Shown: in pieces, positions 24,752 through 36,654 of the stretch
Position numbering within the stretch: the first letter of the stretch is position 1
How the letters are laid out: the number at the start of each line of letters is the position of its first letter
Assembly: GCF_006345805.1 (NCBI RefSeq)
Contig: NC_043018.1
Location: 23,932,001 to 23,996,000, forward strand
Direction: 5' to 3'
DNA length: 64,000 nt
Source: Octopus sinensis
Lineage: Eukaryota
Program-made: the position numbers and the translations under genes
The notes under the pieces: model-generated
Database searches by the model: none
What the model was told of the DNA's origin: nothing
The model's input: the letters and a program-made list of their open reading frames with translations, nothing else

Positions 24752-26423
24752 TAGCAGTATCGCCCGGCGTTGCTCGGGTTTGTAAGGGAATTAACTATAT
24801 AAGCATTTTTAGAGAGTTACTTCCCGTATAGATGCCAATTCGGGCTTTCTTAGCCAATTCTGTTTTGGTGTCTTCTCCTACGATTTAGATTCCTAACTAC
24901 TCCCACATTTTGCGGTGCAGTTTAACCAAATTCGTGTATCTTATAGTCGTGATTCATATCGAGCCCGTCTGGCTATTAGCGCGCGTCTACGATGAGTCTA
25001 CGATTTTTAAAATAATTTAACATCATTTTTTATTCCATTTTAATGCATATTTTTTCGTGTGTCGATGGCGGCGGAGTTGGCGTCCATGGTTACGCTACAC
25101 CTGTGTTGCTTCTCCCCCTTCTTCCCTCTCTCGTGAAGCTGTGGGGAAGGGAGTGTAAGGAAATCAACGTCGTAAAGCGTTGTCAAGGAGACCAGCGTTC
25201 TTTTAGAACAACGACTTCATGGCTTGAAGACACCAAAACAGAAATGGCTAAGAAAGCCCGAATTGGCATCTATAAGGGAAGTAACTCTCTAAAAATGCTT
25301 ATATAGTTATTTCCCTTACAAACCCGAGCAACGCCGGGCGATACTGCTAGTATATATATAAAACTGTAGTTGTGTGAGTGTCTGTCCCTTTCGATTTAGA
25401 TTCCTAACTACTCCCACATTTTGCGGTGCAGTTTAACCAAATTCGGGTATCTTATAGTCGTGATTCATATCGAGCCCGTCTGGCTATTAGCGCGCGTCTA
25501 CGATGAGTCTACGATTTTTAAAATAATTTAACATCATTTTTTATTCCATTTTAATGCATAAATTTTCGTGTGTCGATGGCGGCGGAGTTGGCGTCCACGC
25601 TCACATCTGCACCTGTTTGCTTCTCCCCCTTCTTCCCTCCCTCGTGAAGCTGTGGGGAAGGGAGTGTAAGGAAATCAACGTCGTAAAGCGTTGTCAAGGA
25701 GACCAGCGTTCTTTTAGAACAACGACTTCATGGCTTGAAGACACCAAAACAGAAATGGCTAAGAAAGCCCGAATTGGCATCTATAAGGGAAGTAACTCTC
25801 TAAAAATGCTTATATAGTTATTTCCCTTACAAACCCGAGCAACGCCGGGCGATACTGCTAGTATATATATAAAACTGTAGTTGTGTGAGTGTCTGTCCCT
25901 TTCGATTTAGATTCCTAACTACTCCCACATTTTGCGGTGCAGTTTAACCAAATTCGGGTATCTTATAGTCGTGATTCATATCGAGCCCGTCTGAGTATTA
26001 GCGCGCGTCTACGATGAGTCTACGATTTTAAAAATAATTTAACATCATTTTTTATTCCATTTTAATGCATATTTTTTCGTGTGTCGATGGCGGCGGAGTT
26101 GGCGTCCATGGTTACGCCTACACCTGTGTTGCTTCTCCCCCTTCTTCCCTCTCTCGTGAAGCTGTGGGGAAGGGAGTGTAAGGAAATCAACGTCGTAAAG
26201 CGTTGTCAAGGAGACCAGCGTTCTTTTAGAACAACGACTTCATGGCTTCAAGACACCAAAACAGAAAATGTCTGCGATGAGTCAACGATTTAAAAAAAAA
26301 TTTACCATAAATTTTTTTCCGTTTTCAATGCATTTTTTTTGCTATTTTTTGGCTATAACTCTCTAAAAATGCTTATATAGTTATTTCCCTTACAAACCCG
26401 AGCAACGCCGGGCGATACTGCTA
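24751..26423 (+). mobile_element. Non-autonomous Helitron tandem array (3 units) with an inverted 3' end at the left
   Basis: Units end in the hairpin cccgagcaacgccggg followed by cgatactgCTAG at 25350 and 25861 (26423 lacks the final G). 24751-24874 is the reverse complement of 25227-25350. Confidence 0.85.
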
Positions 26424-26872
26424 ATATATATATATAGAATGGTTGTATACTGTCAATCTAACAAGAACGTGACAGTAGGGGGTACACCACCGCTGTATAG
26501 CCCTAGGAAGCATCGAACGCCTCCTGATGGCTTGGACACATTTTTCCCTGTGTCCTTATATACATTTACGAAGGGGAGACAAACACCCCCGGCTGCCGGA
26601 ACTGCATCTAGGGACACGTGTTTCAGGATCGTTGTCCTTCATCGGCCTAGAGTAGCAGACACCGGTCAGCCGGTGATATTATATCTTTATTATGGGCACG
26701 ATGGCCCGAATGCAGAGGGGACATTACAAGACGGGACGTGGGGTACATAAAGTAAAAAATAAAATATGAAATGAAGATGAATTATGTGTAATGAGTTGGA
26801 TGGAACGGCTTACGAGCCCCCCAAAACTCGCAGTTTCGTTTAAAATACAATTTTACATTTTAACATTACATA

Positions 26873-28162
26873 CGAGGGGCGTTCAATATGTAATGCCCCT
26901 GACCCACTTCCCATAGCAGTAGAGCAACGAAACTTGGCACAGTTATTAGTCTTTTTCTACCTAGGAACCACCCAGAGTTACGCATTTCTCTCATCGTGTG
27001 ATGCAGCTCTGGAGACCGTTTTTGTAGAAGACCCCAGCTTGGTCCTTCAACCACGACGTGACTTCAGAAATCAAGGCTGCATCATTTGGAAAACACTTTC
27101 CTTTCAAAAACAACTTCATGGCTGGGAAGAGGTGAAAATCAGAGGGTGCAAGGTCAGGAGAGTAGGAGGATGGGGGAGGAGTTCATAGCCGCACGCCTGT
27201 GCTTCTGATCTGGCGACAGCGAGTTGTGGACCGGAGCGTTGTCCTGCAGGAGGAGGATGCCTTTGCTGATCTTGTCCCGCCTCTTGATTTTGATAGCTTC
27301 TCTTAATTTCCTCAAAAGTGAAGCATAATATGCTCCTATAATTGTGGTACCCTTTGCCAGGAAATCTATCATCACTACTCCGTCCTGGTCCCAGAAGACT
27401 GTGAGCATGACCTTGCCAGCGGAGCGCTGCACCCTTGCCTTCTTTGGAGGAGGTGAGTCACGGTGCTTCCACTGCATTGACTGGGCTTTGGTCTCTGGAT
27501 CATAGTGATGGACCCAGGTTTCATCCTGTGTAATCAGTCTTTTGAAAAAATTTGACTCATCTTCTTGGCATATCCCCAAATTCATCCTCGAGCACTCAAC
27601 GCGTTCTTGCTTCTGGAAAGATGTGAGCAACCTGGGAATCCATCTGGCAGACACCTTTTGCATATGCAAATTGTCATGAATGATAGTTTCCACAGACCCG
27701 GTACTAATCTTGACCTCATGGGCTATTTGGTGAATAGTTATGCGTCGATCTTCCAAAATGGCAGCCTCAACTTGACGGACAGATGCCTCATCAATGGAAG
27801 AAGGGGGCGACCAGATCTGGGAGCTGTTTCCACAGAGTTCCGACCATGTTTGAATTCATGATGCCAGCGTTTTACAAGGTCATATGATGGGGCATCATCA
27901 CCATAAGTTACTTTCATTTCATCAAAAGTCTCCCGTGGTGTGCGTCCTTTCAAATATAAAAACCGGATCACTGCTCGACACTCAACAGGCTCCATTTCAC
28001 ACTTGACTCAGTTCAAACACCTGTAAATCTGAAACCACAATTAGTTCAGAGCTGTAATTTTCCCCTTAATCTATAGAGATATAAGCAATTGCACATGCAA
28101 AATTTCAGCTAGATCAAACAATTGCAAGTAGGTCAGAGGCATTACTTATTGAACGTCCCTCG
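26873..28162 (-). mobile_element. Full-length (1290 bp) mariner transposon, frameshifted transposase
   Basis: TA TSDs at 26871-72 and 28163-64; imperfect TIRs cgaggggcgttcaatatgtaatgcc / ggcattacttattgaacgtccctcg. Motifs WIPRLL, TQDETW, QDNAPVH and YSPDLAPSDF are spread over 3 frames (27738-27995, 27154-27756, ~26950-27180). Confidence 0.95.
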
Positions 28163-28277
28163 TATATTCCAGTTCTTTTATATTGGACGTTCGTCCGTCA
28201 TATACTCTATCAATTCCATCTGGTCTATCACATTTGGCAAATTGTCATAACGTACATATTGCGCTACATAAACAGCA

Positions 28278-29540
28278 TTAAATATCCTTTTCAATTTTGT
28301 AAATGTCTCTTTTTCTATAACTACCCCTTTTCACATTGTCACCATACAGTTTTGGCAACTTCACCCTGTTCAATACTTTCCTACCTGCAAGTCTTTTTTC
28401 CACTTCTGTGTCTTTGATATACATCACGAATGCTTTCAGGTTTTTTCCTACAGGTCTTCTTCCCTTTTTACAAGCTTCCAACTGCTCTTTCACTTTTGTC
28501 TCCCATTCTTGGTCAGCCTCTGTCATTGTCTGCTCTCTCGCCTTCTCTTTTACTTCCTTTTCTTTGCATGTTCTCTCTTCTTTTTCTTCTGTTATCTTGC
28601 TTTTGATTTTTTTCTTTTTTAGAACTTTCGGTGGTGATTCCACCCTTGTTCTCTTCCTATCTTCTGTTCTTTCATCCTCTGCACTTGCACGTTCTTCTTC
28701 CACATCCTCAATTAGCTGCTCCTCCGTTTGCGCTTCCACTGCTTTCGTTTCCTCCTGCACTTCTCCCTCCTCCACACACGTATCTTTCCACTCCTTCGTT
28801 ACAGCCTCCGGTGCTATCGTTTTCTCCAGCGGGCACACATCCTTCATGTGGCCTCTTAATTTGCAATTATAACAGACTGGGGGTCTTCCCTCTACCACGA
28901 CTCTAAACCGTGTCTCATCAGGGAAGACCAACTCCTCCGGGATGTTGTACAGGTCTGGCATGGTTATATGTGCCAGAACCTGCACCGCATATCCCCACCA
29001 TTTAACTTCTGTTGACTTCTCCACCTTCAACACTTCTACACTTTCCTTGCAGTTGAAAACTACTGCCGCTAATATCCTCTCCATGTTAAGTTCGGGCGAA
29101 ATCCTACTAATTCTTATTCTGACTGCCCTCTTTCCGCAGTAACTAGGTAATAAAGTCCAACTTTCAGATTTCAGAATCTTTGTCGCATTCTTTCTTGCTT
29201 CATTTTCATTTTTAAAGTGTACCACCACTGTGGCATATTTCCATCCTCTGTTGAAAAAGGTAGGTTCACCCTCAATTCCTTGCAGACATTTCTCTATTTC
29301 TTCCGTCTCTGCTACTTCTATTTTTCTTGACGCCACACACCATGTCCTGTATGTTATCATACGTTTCTCCGCATTGTTTTCTTCTTCTTCGGACGGTGTG
29401 ACTCTCACGCAGTTACCCTCCCTCTTCAAACTGTCGAAATACTTTTCTAAAGTCTTCTTCTCGACTACCACTTCTTCCATTTCTAGTTCACTCGCAACCA
29501 GGCCTCTGCCTGCTGCTCTCGCATACGTCTGGTCTTGCAT
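28278..29540 (-). CDS. Retroelement ORF1/gag-like protein (420 aa from ATG 29540), CX2CX4HX4C zinc knuckle and E/K-rich tail
   Basis: VVVEGRPPVCYNCKLRGHMKDVCP resembles Tx1/L1-type ORF1 proteins; the frame is uninterrupted. Confidence 0.85.
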   Translation of the reverse strand: MQDQTYARAAGRGLVASELEMEEVVVEKKTLEKYFDSLKREGNCVRVTPSEEEENNAEKRMITYRTWCVASRKIEVAETEEIEKCLQGIEGEPTFFNRGWKYATVVVHFKNENEARKNATKILKSESWTLLPSYCGKRAVRIRISRISPELNMERILAAVVFNCKESVEVLKVEKSTEVKWWGYAVQVLAHITMPDLYNIPEELVFPDETRFRVVVEGRPPVCYNCKLRGHMKDVCPLEKTIAPEAVTKEWKDTCVEEGEVQEETKAVEAQTEEQLIEDVEEERASAEDERTEDRKRTRVESPPKVLKKKKIKSKITEEKEERTCKEKEVKEKAREQTMTEADQEWETKVKEQLEACKKGRRPVGKNLKAFVMYIKDTEVEKRLAGRKVLNRVKLPKLYGDNVKRGSYRKRDIYKIEKDI

Positions 29541-29941
29541 TTTCAAAATCTCCAACTCCAAAAAACATAGGTCGGCTGGTGATATTTGCTTCGACTTCAC
29601 TATTGTATATATCTATATTCAGTGAAGTCTATTCACTGATTATCAAAATAAGAAATATTGAATTTCTAAATCTCTTGTAGAGACATGTACGGTGGTGGGG
29701 CGATAGAATGGTTGTATACTGTCAATCTAACAAGAACGTGACAGTAGGGGGTACACCACCGCTGTATAGCCCTAGGAAGAATCGAACGCCTCCTGATGGC
29801 TTTGACACATTTTCCCCTGTGTCCCTATATACATTTACGAAGGGGAGACAAACACCCCCGGCTGCCGGAACTGCATCTATATATATATATGAAAAAACAA
29901 GTCAAGATAGAAAATGCTAAAATAATTTTATAAAGAACATT

Positions 29942-29981
29942 TCAATACCGGTTTCGGTCATTTTGAGACCTTTTCAACTGT
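29942..29981 (-). ncRNA. Candidate minimal type I hammerhead ribozyme, U3-A8 variant
   Basis: cag-TTGAAAA-GGTC(tcaaaat)GACC-GAAA-CCGG-TA-ttg, with a palindromic stem III and a GUA triplet. Confidence 0.5.
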
Positions 29982-30242
29982 AACGATTAAATAATTAAAT
30001 TTAGAAAAATTAAAAGAAAAGTTTTTTGAAAGAAATATTTGTATAGTGTTAAAATATAAGTGGCATTTTCCTTGTTTCTGCCTTTCTCTGTCTCTCTTGT
30101 TTACACTTGTGGGTTCGAGGTCGTTACACACGCACATATAGACACACATAGAAATGTATATAATATATGTATACATGTATAAATATGTAATATATGTATA
30201 TATACACACACATATATATTAAAAATAGGGAAGATCGGTTTA

Positions 30243-30305
30243 TGGGATTACCTTAGGTTTCCCGTCCATAAACAGTTTAGTTTTATGGCGTATCGTCAGA
30301 TCCCA
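30243..30305 (-). ncRNA. Candidate type I hammerhead ribozyme
   Basis: tgggat-CTGACGA-stem II (ccataaaac/gtttatgg)-GAAA-CCTAAGG-TA-atccca: intact core, 6-bp stem I and GUA site. Confidence 0.7.
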
Positions 30306-30318
30306 ACAACCTGTTGGC

Positions 30319-30384
<66 letters not shown>

Positions 30385-30453
30385 CCGGAGTAAACACATA
30401 ATGTGAAACAAGTGGAAAAAAGAGTACTCAAATACCAGTAGTAGAGTAATATG

Positions 30454-30602
30454 CTTTATTTTAAGCAGCAGAAAATTCAACAAAATCTGTTACTCTGAGT
30501 TTCTCGTTGCCGTTCATCAGACAGTTTTTGCTATGTCTGATGAACGGCAACGAGAAACTCAGAGTAACAGATTTTGTTGAATTTTCTGCTGCTTAAAATA
30601 AA

Positions 30603-30603
<1 letters not shown>
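30454..30603. repeat. Perfect 70-bp inverted repeat (10-nt loop), each arm with a hammerhead-like core
   Basis: Arms are 30454-30523 and 30534-30603; core tgt-CTGATGA-acggcaacga-GAAA-CTCAGAG-TA-aca. Confidence 0.9.
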
Positions 30604-30641
<38 letters not shown>

Positions 30642-31541
30642 AACATTGCGTTTATCGCACCTTTCCTTGAAAAATGCATTTTGGGGGAAAATTTTTTTCG
30701 GTCTCCTACATTTTAGGTGACAGAAATTACGAATATGCAAAAAAAAGTTGTTTAGTTCATCCCCCCTCTCTCCCCCCGCCCCTATTAAAATTTTCAATTT
30801 TACTCTTAATCTTCTACTTTGTTCACTTTAAAGGGAGCCGTAGCGAATTGACGAGCATATAAAAATCAAAATTAAATACAGACAACATTAAAGTGAAAAG
30901 AATTTGCGTTTTACTTAAATAATTGTTTGCCTTAAATAATAATAATAATGTAATATAAATTAAATAATGATAATTTAATGTAAATACACACCATTTTATG
31001 AGAAACAAGCAATGTTTAATAATTAACGTTATAAAGTTTAATAAGTGCTAAAAATTCACCCCCTCCCCCAATTTTAAATTTTGAACTTTTTCATCCATTT
31101 ATATATGTACCTGTCTATCTATTTATCCCTGCCCATTTATTTATAAAATATATTTGTGAACTAAATGCGGCGGTCCTGTAGAAGACAGTGTTACTTGTGT
31201 TTGTAGAACCAGGAAGACATTCATATCTATCTCTCTATACACATATCCGTGTTTATGGAATTAAAAATTTTGAAAACGTGCTTTGTTGCATATTAGGAAT
31301 GTCCGTCACCTAAAACACTCGGGAAAAAATTTCGAAAAAGTTCTAAATTTTAAATGCGGGGCGGGGATTTAAATTTTTTTTTGTTTTTGCATATTCGTAA
31401 TCTCCGACGTCTAAAACGTAGAAATCCGGAAAAAATTTTTCAAAAAATGTATTTTTCAAGAGGAGTTGCAAAACTGAATTAGCCCCATCAATAAAATATT
31501 TTATAGAAATAAAAGGAAAGCAGTTATGAAAATATGTAATA

Positions 31542-31682
31542 TTAGGTTGTCCCAAAAGTTCGTAAACACTTGCGAAAATTGAATTTTTACTCTCCAAGTA
31601 CTAACAAAAACAACAAAAATTATTCCTCAAAATAAAGACCATTATTTTCCAAGACTTTCTACGAACTTTTGGGACAACCTTA
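31542..31682. mobile_element. Tc1/mariner MITE (~140 bp)
   Basis: TIRs ttaggttgtcccaaaagttcgta / tacgaacttttgggacaacctta with TA flanks. Confidence 0.85.
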
Positions 31683-32317
31683 TATCATGATAGAAAAGAA
31701 CTTCATTATCCTTTACCTGTGTGAGACATCAATCCATCAGAAATTCAATTCGGGAATAAAGTTGGATTTATTTTTTCCCCAGGATTAAAAGTTTTCGTGG
31801 TATCTATGCGATTTCTCCCCTTAAAGTTATCTCCCTTCAAAAAGTGTAACAAATTCACTTCCTGGTTCGACTGCTAGAAACAGCAGCTACATCAGCAATC
31901 GTTAAATAATACGCTCACCACAGTTGTACCCTTTTGTTTTTTTAGCATTGTGAGTATTGCAGATGAAACTACAGCAATTCGCATTGAAAGTTATTAAAAT
32001 CCTGTTGTTAATCATACATCTGGAAATTGTATTTTGTACGTCCTGTTAATTTTCACTACCACCGCAATCCACTTGTCTCTCTCCCCCCTCTCTCTCTCTA
32101 ATTTGTTTCAGTCATTTGATTGCGGCCATACTAGAGCACCGCCTTTAATCGAATCGAACAAATTGACCCCAGAACTTATTCTTTGTAAGCCTGCCTAGTA
32201 CTTATTCTATCGTTCTCTTTTGCAGAACCGCTAAGTTACGGGGGTGTAAACACAACAGCATCGTTTGTCAAGCGATGTAGGGGGGGACAAATACACACAT
32301 ACAACAACACACACACA

Positions 32318-32377
<60 letters not shown>

Positions 32378-32519
32378 GGTGCCCCAGCATGGCCACAGCT
32401 TGTGAGCTGAAACTAGATAAAAATAAAATATATACATATATATATACATATACATATATACATGAGTATTATCTGGTAATTGATATTTGATTTAGATGTA
32501 TTTCTCCATTTTCTTATCT

Positions 32520-32565
<46 letters not shown>

Positions 32566-33180
32566 CAAAAAAAAGGGTAGAATTAATTAAGGTAGTGCTG
32601 CCCTGGGTCAAGAGGGTGGCTGCTGGAAGATCCTATGTCTGGCAACAACATAACTGTTTGCACACAGGCATCAAACAATTTGCCTTTCACTCTGAGAAGC
32701 CCTTTGTTGCCAGCAGGGGTATGAGTTCTCTGAACTTTGCCCATCCTAATCTTATTCTCACAGCTATGCTCTCGGAGCATCCACCTCCACTACTAACTTG
32801 ATCACCTATCTAACGGAAGCTATCTACCACCTCCAGCTTTACCCACTGGCAGTTGATGGAGTCTATTTTCTGTATTTATTGTACCTGTGAATCTTCCACA
32901 TACAAAAGCTAGTTTCCATGTTAACCTTCATCTGATATTGCAGCACCTTTTGTGTCCAAAGCTTACACTGGGTGCATCTTATGAAGTTTCTACCCACACC
33001 TTTATCTGATATTACAGCACCTTTTGTGTCCAAAGCTTACACTGGGTGCATCTTATGAAGTTTCTACCCACACCTTTTCTACAGATTGAGCAGAGCCATC
33101 TAACTGAAGGGATTTGTGATTTGTCTGCCTTCCTACTTACTAAGAATTTGGTTTTTGCTCGGTTAACTCTAAGGTCCTTC

Positions 33181-33722
33181 CATACCTAGAACTTCTCTAG
33201 TTCAGTTACTGATTCAGCTATAAGAGAGCAAGGTCATCAGCATAGAGGGGCCTGTCTTGAATCCTTCTGTTATTGCCTGGAGGACTATGATGAACAAGAG
33301 GGGGCTGAGCACTGATCCTTCAAGAACCCCTACTTGTACCCTGAATTCTTTACTGTACTCAATGCCAACCCTCACCTTACTGGTAGCATCTCTATACATA
33401 GCTTGTACAGCTCTCATCAACAATGCGTCTATCCCTAGTCTCCACACTGACCACCAGATAAGGGATCAGGAGACCCTGTCAAAGGCTTTCTCCAAGTCAA
33501 CAAAGGCCAAGTACAGAGGTTTGCCTTTGGTTATGTATTTCTCCTGCAGCTGCCTCACCAGAAATATGGCATCAGGGAGAAGCACCACTGATGCTATATT
33601 TCTGGTGAGGCAGCTGCAGGAGAAATACATAGCCAAAGATAAACCTCTGTACTTGGTCTTTGTTGACTAGGAGAAAGCCTTTGACAGAGTCCTCTGATGC
33701 CTTATCTGGAGGTCAATGCGGA
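33181..33722 (-). mobile_element. RTE LINE reverse-transcriptase fragment with fold-back duplication
   Basis: MYRDATSKVRVG...GVLEGSVLSPLLFIIVL. The segment ~33587-33722 (STTDAIFLVRQLQEKY...LVFVD) is an inverted copy of ~33452-33576. Confidence 0.85.
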
Positions 33723-35224
33723 AATCATCATCATCATCATCATCATCGTTTAACATCCATTTTCCATGCTAGCATGGGTTGGACGGTTTTGACTGATGGC
33801 TGGCAACCAGATGGCTGCACCAGGCTCCAGTCTTGATCTGGCAGAGTTTCTACAGCTGGATGCCCTTCCTAACGCCAACCAAGCCGAGAGTGTAGTGGGT
33901 GCTTTTTACATGCTACCTGCACGGGGGCCAGTCAGGTGGTACTGGCAATGACCTTGCTTGAATCTTTTACACGTGCCACCGACACAGGTGCCAGTGAAGC
34001 GACGTTGGTAACGATCACGCTCGAAATGGTGCCCTTTTACATGCCATGGGTATGGAAGCCAGTTGGCTGCTCTGGCAACGATCACAATGATCACGCTCAG
34101 ATGGTGTTCTTGGCACCCTACTAGCACAGGCATAAGTGCCAGTAAGGTGACGCTGGTAACGATCATACTCGAATAGCCGCTCTGTCAACGATCACACTCG
34201 TATGGTGCTCTTTGCACCCCGCTAGCACGGATGCCAGTCATCGAAATGGTTTTTCAATATTTAAAATTTTTAAATCATATTTATTTATGGTATATGAATT
34301 TCTTAAAATTGTTTGTTATGGTCATGTGATGTGTATGGACAAGGATGGCTGTGTAAAGAAGTGCAAATCTCAAAATATGGATGGAACCTGTGGCAGAAGT
34401 AGACCCAAGAAGACATGGGATGAGGCGGCGAAGCATGATCTTCAAACTTTGAGCTTCACAGAGGCAATGACAAGTAACCAAAAACCTTTGGTGGTATGTT
34501 GTGTCTGAGAAAACCCATCAAACCAAGTGAAATCATAGTCATGGCTGATGATGGCATCACATAACTGTCACCTACACTGGTGGCACGTAAAGAGCAATTT
34601 TCAAGCAGTGAGCCAAAGTGGGTGCTTTTTACATGTCACCTGCACGGGGGCCAGTCAGGCAGTACTGGCAATGACCTCGCTTGAATCTTTTACACGTGCC
34701 AGTGAAGCGACATTGGTAACGATCACGCTCGAAATGGTGCCCTTTTACATGCCACGGGTATGGAAGCCAGTTGGCTGCTCTGGCAACGATCACAATGATC
34801 ACGCTTTTGAGTGTTGGGTTTCACGGAGGCAATGACTGAGATCTTTGGCATTATGTTGTGCTTGAGAAGACCCACCAAGCTGAGCAAAATCACAGTCGCG
34901 GTGGATACTGAATAATGGTGCCCATGCTGGTGGTATGTAAAAGCACCCATTACACTCTCAAAGTGGTTGGCATTAGTTAGGGCATCCAGCCATAGAAAAC
35001 CATGCCAAATGAGACTGGAGTCCGGTGCAGTCTTCCAGCTTACCAGCCCTAATCAAACAGTCCAACCCATGCCAGCATGGACAACAGACATTAAATGATG
35101 ATGATGGTGATGTTTCTAAAGGTTTGATTGTCTTTCAATCATTCTGCCTCACCAGTTACTACCCTCTTCCGCCACACCGCTTGGGAACCACTGATATAAG
35201 GGTTACTGGTTACACTACATTATT

Positions 35225-35622
35225 TCTCTATATATAAACGGCAGTTTGTCTGTCTGTGTGGCTGTCAGGTTGTACCCTCACCCTGACCACAGCTTTCAAC
35301 CGATTCTGATGAAACTTGACACACACATAGCCCAATGTCATAATTCAAAACTAATGCATCGAAAATTTTGAAAAGTTCCCCGAGTTCTGAAAAAAATCGA
35401 TAAATTCGACATGGGGTCGAGAATCTAAGCTTTTTATATGCAACACATTTTCTGTCACGAGACAGCTAGGAACATCGTTTACACAGAAGTGTTCGAGTGA
35501 AGAGAAGACATTGCAACCTACACATGTGCCTTCGTTCCCTAGAGGGAAAGAACTAGATTGGGATTAGTCGTTGCCTACTAGGGGCTCTTACATACCCGGG
35601 CAACGCCGGGCTATGCTGCTAG
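35225..35622 (+). mobile_element. Non-autonomous Helitron (second family)
   Basis: 5' TC...tatatataaa and 3' cccgggcaacgccggg-ctatgctgCTAG|T. Confidence 0.75.
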
Positions 35623-36654
35623 TTTTGTAATAAAAGGGTAACCTGATTACACAATGCATTATAGTGTAATGTTAAGTTTACTAGTCACGCTATACAGCTT
35701 CTTTCTCTCTAATCATATCAAACCTTATTCAAATTTCCTTAAATGATTTTTGACAAAAACAGTGAGTCCTCAGCAATTGCATTTTGGGAGGCTTAGTTTT
35801 CTTTTATATTTATTTATTTTTATGATACACTCTCTTTTTCATGGTTGTACATCCAGCAGCAGCAAAGACCAAGGGAATCTTCTACAAGGGGTAACTGAAA
35901 AGTTCCTCGCTTTAAGAGTATTTACAAAAGGCCTAGTTGGAGGCCCAACCTTCTAAGTTCTTTTACAGGGCTTAGAAAAACTGAAGGACCGCTGCAATAA
36001 ATGTGTGAATCTGAGAGGGGAATATGTTAGATAAAATCATAATTAACTGATCCTCCTGTATTTTCTTTTACCCAAAGCCAGGAATTTTTCAACAACCCCT
36101 CATAAATGATTGCTTGATCAGTTCAAAATAACAGCCAAATCTCCTTTAAGTAATGATTTTTTTGTCTTAAAAAAATGGAAGGACATATCATATAATGCAG
36201 TCTTGGGTAAAATATGAAGGAATGGTCATGTTTGAAATACCTGAATTCATGACAGACCTGGGGTTAACATGGTAACTGCCATGGTCTGTTACTAGAACTT
36301 ATCAATGATGCCACATATTTTCAGTCACTGCTTAATTACAAGGAAATATAATTTTTTTTGCACTTTTATGTGGATATTTTCACTGCATGGCATCTTGGGC
36401 AAGTGTCTTCTACTATACCCTTGGGCTGACCAAAGCCTTGTGAGTGGATTTGGTAGACGGAAACTGAAAGAAGCCCGTTGTATATGTCTATATATACGTT
36501 TGCATGTCTGTGTTTGTCCCCCTAGCATTGCTTGACAACTGATGCTGGTGTGTTTATGTCCCTATCACTTAGCGGTTCGGCAAAAGAGACCAATAGAATA
36601 AGTACTAGGCTTACAAAGAATAAGTCCCAGGATTGATTTGCTTGACTAAAGTGG

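Larger units (their letters stand above)
26435..29879 (-). mobile_element. Gag/ORF1-only retroelement with 176-bp direct terminal repeats, inserted in (TA)n and interrupted by a mariner
   Basis: 26435-26610 matches 29704-29879 with about 4 mismatches. Both outer flanks are (TA)n, and the single ORF carries a CCHC knuckle. Confidence 0.75.

Noticed and set aside
28336-29625. Plus-strand ORFs of 66-178 aa
   Set aside because: Antisense shadows of the gag-like ORF.
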